A stretch of DNA of 64,000 nt. Origin: Candidatus Hadarchaeum sp. Lineage in GTDB: Archaea > Hadarchaeota > Hadarchaeia > Hadarchaeales > Hadarchaeaceae. Where the stretch lies: assembly GCF_038871235.1 (NCBI RefSeq), contig NZ_JAVZIN010000002.1:1-64000 (forward strand). Reading direction: 5' to 3'. The notes under the pieces are model-generated. The model did no database searches, was not told where the DNA came from, and was given only the letters and a program-made list of their open reading frames with translations. This document shows positions 63,252 to 64,000 of the stretch, piece after piece (within the stretch, counting starts at the first letter, position 1; every line of letters begins with the position of its first letter). Made by a program: the position numbers and the translations under genes.

Positions 63252-64000
63252 ATGACGGAAAGTTCTATTGTCCGTTTATTTTGGGAAGTTGGCAATATCA
63301 TACTGGGTGCAGATAGGCGTGCTTCTGCCTGTAGAGCACAAGAAAACAGGATTAAACCAACGCGGGATAAAAACAGGCAAATAATTCCTGAAAAAATTAG
63401 GATATTTTTTGAAAAACACTACGCTGGCTGGCCAGAATATGTTATGTTGAAGGCACAAATTGCAATATTGCTGCTCTTTCTTACCACCGTGGTTTACTTA
63501 GTCCTATTGCCAAACGAGAATTTGATTTTCCTCACTCTGCTCTCAATCTGTAGCGGTTACTTGATTTACCAAACAAAAACCCAACTTAGGCTTGCCTTTA
63601 AACGAGAATATCCCGCCTATCGGTGTTTCGTGGTAATTTGTATAACAATCAACTGGTCTCTATTATTGCTGCTCAGATTGCTTCCCACAGTTTTTTCTAT
63701 GGAATCTGACCTGAACATCATCATGCCGACATTTCTCGCTTTTGTCATAATTATCAGCGCCTTTGCGGCTTTCAGGATAAAGTATGGGCGCAATTTCACC
63801 TACGGTTTGGTTGAAGAATCCCGCGGCGGTTTCGCTTTGGTTCGGGTCGGTTACGATATCAGAAGTAATGTCAAGTCTGGAGTCTATCCAGTGGAAAGTT
63901 CTATCAAAGTAAGAAAAGGAGATACAGTAAAACTTAGGGTGGCTAGGCCGTTGCTGGGCTTAGGAGGAGCCAAAGTTAAGGCGATTACAGAAGTAGTTGG
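63252..64000 (+). CDS. DUF2101-like membrane protein, runs off window edge (not in ORF track)
   Basis: Manual translation: MTESSIVRLFWEVGN...TM helices...FRIKYGRNFTYGLVEE...YDIRSNVKSGVY. Confidence 0.75.
   Translation, partial: MTESSIVRLFWEVGNIILGADRRASACRAQENRIKPTRDKNRQIIPEKIRIFFEKHYAGWPEYVMLKAQIAILLLFLTTVVYLVLLPNENLIFLTLLSICSGYLIYQTKTQLRLAFKREYPAYRCFVVICITINWSLLLLLRLLPTVFSMESDLNIIMPTFLAFVIIISAFAAFRIKYGRNFTYGLVEESRGGFALVRVGYDIRSNVKSGVYPVESSIKVRKGDTVKLRVARPLLGLGGAKVKAITEVV

Overview
Archaeal chromosomal window. Evidence: archaeal ribosomal proteins eS1, uS15 and eS17, KEOPS, aRF1, TBP, GGTGA/GGAGG Shine-Dalgarno motifs and an archaeal 16S-tRNA-Ala-23S operon. The lineage looks euryarchaeal-like and anaerobic, plausibly Hadarchaeia/MSBL1-like, but that is an inference not checked against a database. 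Most of the window is housekeeping: a kae1-bud32-ITPase-rps15-[insert]-DHH-DHH-pcc1-serS-rps3ae-glmM superoperon, tupABC, valS, pyrH, aRF1, SAH deaminase/ahcY, metG, gch3, thiDN, moaD/moaE and tbp. It also holds a nucleoside/N-heterocycle uptake and catabolism island and a seven-gene class III signal-peptide (type IV pilin-like) cluster at the right end. No CRISPR array, transposase or integrase was seen. Most notable observations: (1) a 16S bulge-helix-bulge whose predicted cut coincides with the tRNA-Ala 5' end, with the leader mimicking the tRNA acceptor strand; (2) a branched insertion at 23S helix 98 (ES39 position); (3) an RHH gene flanked by a small-ORF leader and a 3' RNA displaying anti-SD loops; (4) likely ATA/CTG start codons, including metG; (5) adjacent catalytically degenerate ThiI and AroA homologues; (6) an enamidase/creatininase/adenine deaminase cluster. 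Product calls come from recognised motifs, not database searches.
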